DNA of 62,830 bases from Acidobacteriota bacterium (lineage in GTDB: Bacteria; Acidobacteriota; Thermoanaerobaculia; Multivoradales; Multivoraceae): positions 1-62,830 of the forward strand of contig JAPOVF010000260.1 in NCBI GenBank assembly GCA_026708285.1. The letters run 5' to 3'. The first letter of the stretch is position 1; every line of letters starts with the position of its first letter. The notes below the pieces were generated by a model. That model ran no database searches and was not told the origin of the DNA. It saw only the letters and a list, made by a program, of their open reading frames with translations. Below are positions 7,825 to 16,842 of this stretch, piece by piece. Made by a program: the position numbers and the translations under genes.

Positions 7825-9638
7825 ACGAGCTCCAACTGCGACCCGGGATCGCGCTCGGGTTCCGTGGGCAAAGGCGGCGGCAGGTCGTCGAGCGGCTCCA
7901 GACCCTCCGCGGGCAGAACCTCGTCCGGCGCCTCATCCTCCGGCGGCCCGTCCTTTCCGTTCGCCGGCGCCGCCACTGCCGCATCCGCTGCCGGCGGCGC
8001 CGCGTCCGGGTCGACGACCAGCACGTTCTCGCATGTCTCCAGGTCCTCGCCGGCGGCGCCCTTCGCCTCCTCGAGCATTCCCGCGAGCTCCGTCTTGCGC
8101 CGGCTGATCGCCAGCAACCGCTCGCGGAACAGCTTCTGCTCCTTGCCGGTGATCGCCTCGACCGAGTTGACCACCTCGTCGATGTAGAGGTTGAACACCT
8201 CGCGGCGCCGCGCCTCGCTCCTGGCCCGCGCCTTGCGCTTGACGTACTGCCCGAGCCGGCGGCCGCAGGTCTGGACGGCGAGCTTGATCTCCTTGCGGAT
8301 CTCGTCGTAGTCCGCGACGGCCACCTTGCTCTCGGAACTGAACGGCACCCACACCGAGGCGAGATGCACGAGCACGATCAGCGGTCCCGAGGGCAGCGCG
8401 CCGCGGGACTGGGTCAGGCCGTAGGTGCGCCAGGAGACGTCCATCACCGCCTTCGTGATGCAGCAGGAGCCGGCGTAGTACTGGAGCGGAACCCGGTTGG
8501 CGAATCGGAGCACCTTGGCCAGTTCGTCGCCGGCCAGATCACCGCCCCACGCCAGGCCGACCTCCACCTGGAACGGATTGCCTCGGTAGACGGCGGGCTT
8601 GCGCGTCTCCACGCCGTAGAACTCCGCCCGCACACCCCGGGTCAGGCCGGCGAGAAGCTCCTGGACGCCGATCGGCGACAGGCAGTCGGTCGAGGGCGGC
8701 CGGATGCGGGTCTTCGAGTCGTTGATCGCCTTGTAGAGCGCGTCGGCGGCCTGCCGGGCAACGGTGTTCGGGCGCGCCTTCGCCTTGATGCCGGCACGCT
8801 TCGCCAGGCCGCCCGCGAGTTGTGGCGAGATGCGGCTGAAATCCCGCGACAGGAACTGGGTGACCGTCTTGTGCCGACTCGACTGCAGCATCTTCATCAA
8901 CACGCCGAGTTCGACGCCGTGAGGATGAGGCTTGATCTCCCGCGGGGCGGTGGGGTTCCGCTCTACGGTGCGAGCCCACGAGTCGGTGTCGCCGTTCGGG
9001 CTCCGGTAGTGCAGCGTCACGTGCGGATTGGCGACCGCAACCTGGTGCAGGAACTCCTCGACCGACTGGCGGCCCTTGAGGTACTTCGCCTCCAGTTCCA
9101 CCTCCACCAGCGTGCCGTGGTCGAGGTGCCAGTCGGGCAGATTCCGGCGACCGATCGCCTTCGGTTTGTTCGTGTTCGTGTCGATCATGACCTGCATCGC
9201 GTAAGCCGGCGCCTCCGGCCCCGTACGCGACTCCACCGATACCGGCTTGCCGGTCGTCAACTGTCCGTACATCGCCGCGGCCGAGATGCCGATTCCCTGC
9301 TGTCCCCGGCTCTGCTTCAGGCTGTGGAACTTCGACCCGTAGAGGAGTTGACCGAAGATCCTCGGCGCCTGTTCCGGCACGATGCCGGGACCGTTGTCCG
9401 TAACCCGCACGAGGTAGCGGTTCGCCCCCCTGGCCGCCTCGAGTTCGACCCGGATCTCGGGCAGGATGCCGGCCTCCTCGCAGGCGTCGAGCGAGTTGTC
9501 GACCGCCTCCTTGACCGTGGTCAGGAGGGCCTTGCGCAACGAGTCGAAACCGAGCAGGTGCCGGTTCTTGGCGAAGAACTCCGAGACCGAGATCTCCCGC
9601 TGCTTGCGGGAGAGCGTTTCAGCGGTGACTCGGGCCAT
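7821..9638 (-). CDS. top6B: DNA topoisomerase VI subunit B (GHKL ATPase)
   Basis: ISVSEFFAKNRHLLGF, KEAVDNSLDA, DNGPGI, SRGQQGIGISAA, H2TH region, RFANRVPL and transducer VPFSSESK. 4-bp overlap with top6A. Confidence 0.96.
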   Translation of the reverse strand: MARVTAETLSRKQREISVSEFFAKNRHLLGFDSLRKALLTTVKEAVDNSLDACEEAGILPEIRVELEAARGANRYLVRVTDNGPGIVPEQAPRIFGQLLYGSKFHSLKQSRGQQGIGISAAAMYGQLTTGKPVSVESRTGPEAPAYAMQVMIDTNTNKPKAIGRRNLPDWHLDHGTLVEVELEAKYLKGRQSVEEFLHQVAVANPHVTLHYRSPNGDTDSWARTVERNPTAPREIKPHPHGVELGVLMKMLQSSRHKTVTQFLSRDFSRISPQLAGGLAKRAGIKAKARPNTVARQAADALYKAINDSKTRIRPPSTDCLSPIGVQELLAGLTRGVRAEFYGVETRKPAVYRGNPFQVEVGLAWGGDLAGDELAKVLRFANRVPLQYYAGSCCITKAVMDVSWRTYGLTQSRGALPSGPLIVLVHLASVWVPFSSESKVAVADYDEIRKEIKLAVQTCGRRLGQYVKRKARARSEARRREVFNLYIDEVVNSVEAITGKEQKLFRERLLAISRRKTELAGMLEEAKGAAGEDLETCENVLVVDPDAAPPAADAAVAAPANGKDGPPEDEAPDEVLPAEGLEPLDDLPPPLPTEPERDPGSQLELV

Positions 9639-9653
9639 GGGCTCCCTTCGGGG

Positions 9654-11822
9654 TCAGGGACTCAGGATGTGGCGCACCCCCAGGTGCACCATGCGGGGCG
9701 CTCCGACCGCGACCAGGCCGGTTCCCGAGATGCCGACCTGAACCTCCTCGTCCAGGAGGTTCTCGAGGCCGGCGAAGACCTGCCAGCGGCCGCTCAAGTC
9801 GCGGGCGGCGCTCAGGTCCACGACGGCGAAGCTCGAAAGCGGCCGCGTGTTCAGGTCGTCCTCGAACTGCGAGCCGACGAAGCGCACGCCGAGTCTGGCC
9901 TGGAGCACCTCGGGATTCGAGTACTCGAGCCCCAGGCTCGCCGACTGCTCTGGCGTCTGCGCCAGCCTCTTCCCCTCGAGTTCCGGGAAGTCGGCCGCGC
10001 TGTCGACCTCGGCGTTGCTGTAGAGGAAGGACAGATCGAGCCTCCAGACGTCGCCGAGCCGCTGGCGGAGTTCCGCCTCGAGGCCCTGAATGCGCGTGCG
10101 ATCCAGGTTCAGCCGCTGCCGGCAGGAGCCGCCGCCGGGCACGAAGCCGCACGGCCGGAAGAAGCGGCTGCTCGGGATCGTCGCCAAGGTGACGTTGGCG
10201 ATCGGGTTCTCGACGCGATTCATGAAGGCATTGAACGACAGCCGGGAACCGCCCTGATAGCGGACGGCGCCGAACTCGATGCCACTGAGCCGCTCGGGCT
10301 CGAGCGACTCGTTCGCCTCGGTGATGTCGTTGCGCACCCGGAAGGGCCGGTAGAGCTCGTTGACGGTCGGCGCGCGGAATGACCCGTACAGCGAGCCGCG
10401 CAGACTCCAGCCGAAGTCGAGTGCGTAGAGAAAGCCGACCCGCGGCGACGCTGCCGTCTCATCCCGGTCCTCGAAGATGTCGTCGCGGCGGATCGAGCCG
10501 TCCGCCTTGTTGATCTCCAGCCGGCTTCCCGAACCCGTCTGCCAGCGATCGATGCGGGCGCCGAGCTCGAGCTGCAGCCGGTCGCCGAACTGGGCCCGGC
10601 GCTGCACGTAGGCGCCGCCGATCGCCTGGTCGCCCCCGGCCGTGCGCCGGCGGTTGAACTGCGTGGTGTAGAAGAAGTCCTCGTTGGTCGCCCCTTCGAC
10701 GCTCCGCCACTCGGCGCCGGCGACCCATTGCCCCGACCCGACGTCGCCCTGCCACTGGGCGCCGAGACCGGTGGCCTCCGAGTCGACCAGCCACTGATCG
10801 AGAGCCGGCCGCTCTGAAGAGCGGTCGACCTGCTGCGCGCTGAACCGGCTGGCGAACTCCTGCTCGTGGGTGAAGCCGCGCACCGTCCACGTGTCGCCGC
10901 GCCCGGTCACGATGTCGGCGCTCAACCGGAACGAGGTCAACTCCGTGTCGTTGCCCGTCAACGGCGTGCCGTTGCCGCGGTCCTCCGACAGGGTGTCGCC
11001 GCCGACGCTGATCGACACCGAGTCGCTTGGAGAAAACGCCAGCCGGCCGGCGACCGTCGTCTGCTTCGAAAAGGCGTCCACGTCGATCGGACCGCGCTGG
11101 TCATCCCGCACCACCGGATACCCGTCGCTGTCGAACGTCCTTGCCGACAGGGTCAGCGCCCCGCGTTCGAAGCCCTGCCCGAACCAGGCGTCGCCCGAGA
11201 CCACACCGTGGTCTCCCGCCAGGGCCGACAGCCGCAGCGAGCTACCCGACTCCGGCTGCGATGTGACGAGGTGGATGACGCCGCCCAGGGCCGAGTTGCC
11301 CCACAGGCTCGAGCCACCGCCGCGTACGACCTCGATCCGGTCCAGGCTCTCGCGGCCCACCCGGCCCCAGTAGATCCAGCCGCCGAAGGGATCGTTCAGG
11401 GGCAAGCCGTCGAGCAGCACCAGGGTCCGGCTGACGCCGCTGGGGCCGATGCCGCGCAGCGAGACCCCTTGGCTCGTCGGGTGCGCAACCATCGAGCTGT
11501 TGCGCCGGAAGAGGCTGAATCCCGGCACCCTGCGCAGCGTGTCGTCCAGGGTCACGGCCGCGCTGGCGCGGAGTTCGTCGCCGGTGACGACCGAGACGCT
11601 CGATGTCACCTGCCCGAGTTCCTGCTCGGCCCGCGCCGCGGTGACGACGATCGTCTCGGCAAGGGCGGGATCCTCCACCGGCTCGGGGGCGTCACCGTCC
11701 GAGGCGGCTGTGGCCATCGAAGCCGCCAGAAGGAGGGCCGCTGACCAGGCGACCAAGGAGACGCAACGTCGAAGATTGCCGTCAAATGCCCTGGTTGTGT
11801 GATGCGAAGGCGTGGTCGGCAT
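9654..11822 (-). CDS. TonB-dependent receptor
   Basis: Signal peptide, TonB box ETIVVTA, plug motifs SLRGIG...TLVLLDGLPLND and RIEVVRGGGSSLWG, and beta-barrel-like alternation. Confidence 0.92.
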   Translation of the reverse strand: MPTTPSHHTTRAFDGNLRRCVSLVAWSAALLLAASMATAASDGDAPEPVEDPALAETIVVTAARAEQELGQVTSSVSVVTGDELRASAAVTLDDTLRRVPGFSLFRRNSSMVAHPTSQGVSLRGIGPSGVSRTLVLLDGLPLNDPFGGWIYWGRVGRESLDRIEVVRGGGSSLWGNSALGGVIHLVTSQPESGSSLRLSALAGDHGVVSGDAWFGQGFERGALTLSARTFDSDGYPVVRDDQRGPIDVDAFSKQTTVAGRLAFSPSDSVSISVGGDTLSEDRGNGTPLTGNDTELTSFRLSADIVTGRGDTWTVRGFTHEQEFASRFSAQQVDRSSERPALDQWLVDSEATGLGAQWQGDVGSGQWVAGAEWRSVEGATNEDFFYTTQFNRRRTAGGDQAIGGAYVQRRAQFGDRLQLELGARIDRWQTGSGSRLEINKADGSIRRDDIFEDRDETAASPRVGFLYALDFGWSLRGSLYGSFRAPTVNELYRPFRVRNDITEANESLEPERLSGIEFGAVRYQGGSRLSFNAFMNRVENPIANVTLATIPSSRFFRPCGFVPGGGSCRQRLNLDRTRIQGLEAELRQRLGDVWRLDLSFLYSNAEVDSAADFPELEGKRLAQTPEQSASLGLEYSNPEVLQARLGVRFVGSQFEDDLNTRPLSSFAVVDLSAARDLSGRWQVFAGLENLLDEEVQVGISGTGLVAVGAPRMVHLGVRHILSP

Positions 11823-11832
11823 GCGCTAGCTC

Positions 11833-13338
11833 CTACAGAGCCGGACCCGGCGTCTCCGGGTCGGCGGGAGCGGGCATGGTAAACGAAGCGGGATCGATAT
11901 CGGCCCCGGCTTCAGCTTCCTGGATCCGCAACTCGGTGACGACCAGGCCCTCCACCGCGATCCGGATCTTCCCCGGCACCATCAACCCCCCAGCATCCAT
12001 GTAGTCGCTGATCGTCACCTCGATCTTTCCGGTCGAACCCAGGAACGACCCATCGAAGGCGATCCGGCGCTCCAGGAAGTCCTCCCCGCCGAGGTACAGA
12101 GCGCGCGCTTCGCCGTCAGCGGTCGTGATGTCCAGCCGGTAGGCCTCGTCGCGCTCGACCTTCTCGATACCCGCCAGCGAGGCCTCGAAGTCCGACCCCT
12201 CGCTGTCGGCGAGCCTGCCCCACATGAAGTCGGAGAGGATCCCCAGCGCCCCGATCGTCTCCGCCGGCAGCGGCGTCGGCTCGAGGGCGCCCGTCATCGG
12301 CGATACGTTCCACGCCGTCTCCCCGTCGTAGGCGATCACCATTGGCAGGCCCTGCATGTCGATGTCGACACGGAGTGACTCGGGGCGCGCGAAGGCCGCC
12401 GTCATCGGCACTTCGAAGCCGAGCATGACGATCGTGCCGGCGGCGCTGAGGGTCTGCACCTCGGCGGCCGAAGCCCCGCGTGTGTTCCGGTAGCGCGACA
12501 CGACCTCCTCCAGGCCGAGGGCGGCGTCGGCCATCTGGCCCGGCATGAAGAAGATCTCGGGATCGATCTCCGCGTTGATCTCGAAGGAATCCAGGATCAG
12601 GGGCATCTCGCCGATCGCACTGCCCATGATCTGCCGGTGCGCCAGCATCAGGCCGTCGACCTCCCGGTAGTCCTCGAACCGGACGGTCGCGTCCTCCAGC
12701 CCGAAACCGAAGTCCGCCGGGTAGATCCTCTTTTTCTCGAGCCCGTCGTCCGTGCCGAGGAAGACCTGATGCGTCACGCCGCCGGGCGCGGTGACCACGA
12801 GCTTCCAGGCTTCGCCGCTCTCGATCTCCTCGCGGCCGGCGAGTTCCACCTGGTAACCCAACTCCGTGTACTCGAACCAGGGGCTGCTCAGCGCGGAGTC
12901 GGCGGCCTGCGCCGCCGCGGCCTCTCCTTCGAGCGCGCCCGGCTTGGCCTGGCCGGGCTGCTGGACCCACGCCTGCTGGCCGTCGAACGCCTGGATGAGG
13001 GCCATGCCGCCGAAGTCGCCTTCCACGCGGCTTTGATTCGGCCGGCGCAGGTGAATCGTGAACGGGGCCTCCATGCCCTGCACCGACATCGTCCCGCTGG
13101 CCCTCACACTCTGAATCGAGCGCAGCTTCTCGAGACCGCCCCGGGCCTCGTAGTGCATGGCCAGCACCCGGTCGAGTTCGCTGGCCTCCTCCGCCTCCTG
13201 AGCCCAGACCGGACCGGCCGCGAGGGCAAGCGCCAACAGGGCGAGACACGCCCGGACTCGATCCCCTTGCCGCCTGTTCGGTACGCCGCGCCCCGTTCCC
13301 GCGCGAGCTATTGAGCCGATCGGTGCAGATCCTTTCAT
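11833..13338 (-). CDS. Outer-membrane lipoprotein-sorting (LolA-like fold) protein with an internal duplication
   Basis: Start chosen at the ATG after GGAGG (13338). Signal peptide ending VWA-Q. Two homologous halves (EARGGLEKLRSIQSVRASGT...RRPNQSRVE...AFDGQQAW vs NTRGASAAEVQTLSAAGT...ARPESLRVD...AYDGETAW). Confidence 0.65.
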   Translation of the reverse strand: MKGSAPIGSIARAGTGRGVPNRRQGDRVRACLALLALALAAGPVWAQEAEEASELDRVLAMHYEARGGLEKLRSIQSVRASGTMSVQGMEAPFTIHLRRPNQSRVEGDFGGMALIQAFDGQQAWVQQPGQAKPGALEGEAAAAQAADSALSSPWFEYTELGYQVELAGREEIESGEAWKLVVTAPGGVTHQVFLGTDDGLEKKRIYPADFGFGLEDATVRFEDYREVDGLMLAHRQIMGSAIGEMPLILDSFEINAEIDPEIFFMPGQMADAALGLEEVVSRYRNTRGASAAEVQTLSAAGTIVMLGFEVPMTAAFARPESLRVDIDMQGLPMVIAYDGETAWNVSPMTGALEPTPLPAETIGALGILSDFMWGRLADSEGSDFEASLAGIEKVERDEAYRLDITTADGEARALYLGGEDFLERRIAFDGSFLGSTGKIEVTISDYMDAGGLMVPGKIRIAVEGLVVTELRIQEAEAGADIDPASFTMPAPADPETPGPAL

Positions 13339-13657
13339 CTCATCCTCCGCTGGCCGTCCGCCGCGAGGCCCGCCGGTGACCAACAAGCCGGCTCGCTGCC
13401 CCCAATCTGTGCCGGGATGATACCCGAACAGGGCTGGTGAAGAACGGCCCGGACCGCAGTGTCAAGGGCCAGACTATACCCTCCCGGGCTTTACGCAAAC
13501 TCTGGAAACAAAGAGGTTACGGTCAGTGACAAGGCTCGTCGGCGGTGGCGTGGCGACGCGGTCGCGAACCATCTCGAGGCGATCTTCGATCCAGCGGCCC
13601 GGATCGACGCATTCCGGCCGCGAGTAGCTCTCCACTACGATTCGCCGAGCACGGTCA

Positions 13658-14818
13658 ATGAGCGAGGGAAACACAGGCGCCGGGATCGACGCGGGCGTTG
13701 AATCGAAGCCAGACTCGGGTGCCTCGGCGGAGGCATGGTCGCTCGGCGAGACTCTCGCTTCCGGCCGGGACGACCACCCTCCCGTCGCGACGGAAAGCGA
13801 CGAGTCCCGGACTCAGCGTCTGCGATGCACCGCCGACGGATGGGAGTACTTCCGGATCTGGATCGTCAACGTCGCGCTGACGCTCCTGACTCTGGGCGTC
13901 TACTCGGCCTGGGCCAAGGTGCGGGCCCGGCGCTACCTCTACGGCCACATCTGGCTCGGTGACACGTCCTTCGACTACACCGCGAACCCGGTCGCGATTC
14001 TGCGAGGGAGGATCCTTGTCGCCTTCGTCGCGGTCGCCCTGTGGTTCGCCAACCTCCTCTCCCTCTGGTACTACTACGCCGCGCTTGCCGTGCTGGCGCC
14101 CCTCGTACCCTGGGTCGTGATTCGAGCGCGCACCTTCCAGCTCCGCAACTCCAGGTATCGCGGCGTCGCCTTCGACTTCCAGGGACGGTTCTGGGACGCC
14201 GCGGTCTGGTACCCGCTAATGGCCGTTGCATCGTTCGTGACGTTCGGGCTGGCCTGGCCATTCAGGATCTTCGGACGCGACCGCTTCCTGATCGAGGAGT
14301 CCCGTTTCGGCAACAAACGGTTCCGCTTCATCGGCGAAGCCGGTCCCTACTACGGCGTCTACATCTTCGTCTGGGTGATGACCGTGGTCCTCTTCATCGG
14401 AAGTTGCATCGTCTTGGTCCTCCCCTCCGTAGGTTCCGATCCCGAGTCTCCCTCTCCCACGGCAGCTTGGTTCGTGCCGGTCTTCGGGGTGCTGGCGGGG
14501 CTGTTCTCGTTCATCTACATCCGGGCTCGCCTGCTTAGCTACCGGTGGAGTTGCACCCAGTTCGGAGACAGCGACTTCGTTCTGCAGCTCTCCTTCGGAG
14601 CCATGTTGTGGCTCTACGCGAGCAATGCCGTCCTGATCATCGCCACCTTCGGACTGTTCACGCCCTTCGCGAGGATCCGTGTGCTGCGCTACGTCGTGGA
14701 CCAGTTTCTCGTCATGCAGCCCCTGGGCGAAGTGACCTTCGAGGCCGGCGAAGCCCAGAGGCTCGGCGCCGCCGGCGCGGAGGCCGCCGGAGAGTTCGGG
14801 CTGGAGATCGGCATATGA
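13658..14818 (+). CDS. YjgN/DUF898 family inner-membrane protein
   Basis: EYFRIWIVNVALTLLTLGVYSAWAKVRARRYLYG signature and multiple TM segments. Confidence 0.9.
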   Translation: MSEGNTGAGIDAGVESKPDSGASAEAWSLGETLASGRDDHPPVATESDESRTQRLRCTADGWEYFRIWIVNVALTLLTLGVYSAWAKVRARRYLYGHIWLGDTSFDYTANPVAILRGRILVAFVAVALWFANLLSLWYYYAALAVLAPLVPWVVIRARTFQLRNSRYRGVAFDFQGRFWDAAVWYPLMAVASFVTFGLAWPFRIFGRDRFLIEESRFGNKRFRFIGEAGPYYGVYIFVWVMTVVLFIGSCIVLVLPSVGSDPESPSPTAAWFVPVFGVLAGLFSFIYIRARLLSYRWSCTQFGDSDFVLQLSFGAMLWLYASNAVLIIATFGLFTPFARIRVLRYVVDQFLVMQPLGEVTFEAGEAQRLGAAGAEAAGEFGLEIGI

Positions 14819-15882
14819 ACGGCCTGCCCTGCCGCTACTACGACGGTCGCACCTCGACACCGCGCGAAGCGGAAATGACGATCACCGCCGACGGCAACCT
14901 GATCGTCGCGATCGACGGCATCGAGAACCGCGAACTTCACTCCCTGTCCGACGTACGGATTCCCCATCGCATCGCCGACACGCCACGGCATGTCCGTCTG
15001 CCGGGGGGCGCCTCGTGCGAGGTCCGGGACAACGACGCCCTGGACGAGATGCAGGTCCGCTCCGATTCCGGTCGCCAACCCGTCGGCCGGCGTTTCGAGC
15101 GACTTCTCCACAGGCTCGACAGCACCTGGCGCGGCGCGGCGGCCGCGCTGGCGGTCACTGCCGCGATCCTGCTGTCCTTCACGAAGTGGGGCACGCCGGC
15201 CGTCGCCCGCCTGGTGGTCTTAGCGACGCCTCCGGAACTGGAGGCCGTCATCGGCGAGAACCTGATGACTCTGTTTCTCCAACTGGATGTTCTCACTCCC
15301 ACCGAAGTCGACGAGAGCCGGCAGGCCGAGATTCTGCAGGCCTTCTACGAGATGAAGGACGACACCGGCGTCGAAGGCGCGGTCCTCGGCTTCTTCTCCT
15401 CAGCCCGTTTCGGCCCGAACGCCTTTGCCCTGCCGGGAGGCACCGTCGTCATAACTGACGAACTGGTCGAGCTGGCCGAAAACGACGAGGAGATCATCGC
15501 GGTTCTCGCCCACGAACTGGGCCATGTTGCGCGCCGCCACGTCCTGCGGCGCATCGCCGAGAGATCGTCCATGCTCGTCCTCTGGACCGCCTTTACGGGC
15601 GACGTATCGGTTGCCGCGCTGTCGCTCCTGGGTCCGGATCAGTTGCTCGCCCAGCGGTACTCGCGCGTGGCCGAGCGCGAAGCCGATCGCTTCGCGTTCG
15701 ACTATCTGCTTGACGCCGACATCCCACCGACTCGCCTCGGCGACCTCCTGCAACGACTCGAGGGCGCCCACGGTGCGGGAGGCGTTCCGAGCTGGTTGGC
15801 CAGCCATCCGGGCGCGGAGGAGCGCGCACGCGATGCGGCAGGGGCGGCCGAAAGAGCGGGCGGCGCCGAAGCCATCGAATGA
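14815..15882 (+). CDS. M48 family Zn metallopeptidase
   Basis: PNAFALPGG, VLAHELGH (HExxH), YSRVAEREAD and LASHP. ATGA overlap with YjgN. Confidence 0.92.
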   Translation: MNGLPCRYYDGRTSTPREAEMTITADGNLIVAIDGIENRELHSLSDVRIPHRIADTPRHVRLPGGASCEVRDNDALDEMQVRSDSGRQPVGRRFERLLHRLDSTWRGAAAALAVTAAILLSFTKWGTPAVARLVVLATPPELEAVIGENLMTLFLQLDVLTPTEVDESRQAEILQAFYEMKDDTGVEGAVLGFFSSARFGPNAFALPGGTVVITDELVELAENDEEIIAVLAHELGHVARRHVLRRIAERSSMLVLWTAFTGDVSVAALSLLGPDQLLAQRYSRVAEREADRFAFDYLLDADIPPTRLGDLLQRLEGAHGAGGVPSWLASHPGAEERARDAAGAAERAGGAEAIE

Positions 15883-15979
15883 CCGCCCGGCAAACAGCGG
15901 CGTATGCTCGAACGCCACCACCGGCACAGGCGCTATGGGTCGCGGCCGCCAACCGAACCCGCACCAGGAGACAACCGCC

Positions 15980-16828
15980 ATGCAGCAACTGACCCGAGCC
16001 CAGCGCGAACAATGGGCGATCGACGGCTACATCCGCGTCGAACGGGCACTGTCACCGGACCAGGTCGCGTTCTTCGACGCCGAACTCGACCGCATCCGGC
16101 AGCTCCCCGGCTGGGAACCGAGCCCCGACGGACCGCTGGGCCACTACGCCTGGCTCGACCACGCCGTCGACCGCGACCCCGAGGGCTTCATGGACCGCCG
16201 GGTCCTGCTCCACTACGACCAGGCCTTCCTCGACCTGATGGACGCGTCTCCCGTCTTCGACCTGATCACGGACATCATGGGCCCCTACGTCGTGCTCAGC
16301 ATGACCCAGGCGATCGTTAGACCGTCCAACCCGCGCTGGCCGGGCTACACCCACACCGACGGCGGCGAGGCGCTCCGCCGCATCCGCGTCACCGAGACCA
16401 GTCTGCCGCTGGCGATGAAGGGGATGTACCTGCTCTCCGACATCACGGACGAGGACTGCGGCAACTTCACCGTCTTCCCCGGCAGCCACATGCGCCCGTT
16501 CCCCAACCAGCCCTACCCCGCCCCGGGCCCGAAGACGCCGGGCGCCGTCCAGCTCAAGGGCAAGGCCGGCGACTGCATCCTCTTCCCGCACTCGCTCTGG
16601 CACGGTCCGTCCGTCAACGCGTCGCCGCGCGCCCGCAAGACGATCCTCTACAACTACTGCCAGTTGTTCCTGCGCACCTACGACCCGGAGCCCACGCCCG
16701 AAGTCCTGGAGCGCTGCACGCCCCGCCAGCGCCGCCTGCTCGGTGACCTCGGCTACGACTTCCGGCCAGGGTCGTACTTCTACGCGCCGCAAGACCAGGT
16801 CGACGTGATCGTCGGCGAGGGCGCCTGA
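15980..16828 (+). CDS. Phytanoyl-CoA dioxygenase family Fe(II)/2-oxoglutarate oxygenase
   Basis: AGGAG RBS, WAIDGYI, HxD (HTDG), FPGSH, and GKAGD..LF....WHG facial triad. Confidence 0.88.
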   Translation: MQQLTRAQREQWAIDGYIRVERALSPDQVAFFDAELDRIRQLPGWEPSPDGPLGHYAWLDHAVDRDPEGFMDRRVLLHYDQAFLDLMDASPVFDLITDIMGPYVVLSMTQAIVRPSNPRWPGYTHTDGGEALRRIRVTETSLPLAMKGMYLLSDITDEDCGNFTVFPGSHMRPFPNQPYPAPGPKTPGAVQLKGKAGDCILFPHSLWHGPSVNASPRARKTILYNYCQLFLRTYDPEPTPEVLERCTPRQRRLLGDLGYDFRPGSYFYAPQDQVDVIVGEGA

Positions 16829-16842
16829 CGGCCACGAAACGG

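Noticed and set aside
9654-9700. TonB receptor lacking a terminal Phe (ends HILSP)
   Set aside because: The last beta-strand pattern (MVHLGVRH) is intact and short extensions are common, so this is not evidence of a pseudogene.
7704-10382. Long alternative ORFs (892 aa here; also 23573-25600, 31699-34125, 34244-37057, 52764-55637, 55855-57987 and many shorter ones)
   Set aside because: They are antisense or off-frame shadows of well-supported genes. They are Arg/Pro/Gly-rich with no motifs, as expected when stop codons are scarce in GC-rich DNA.
13340-13657. Longest intergenic region as a possible ncRNA (for example 6S RNA)
   Set aside because: I could not fold a convincing long rod or recognise a conserved motif. 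It is adequately explained as a divergent promoter region. An Rfam scan would settle it.
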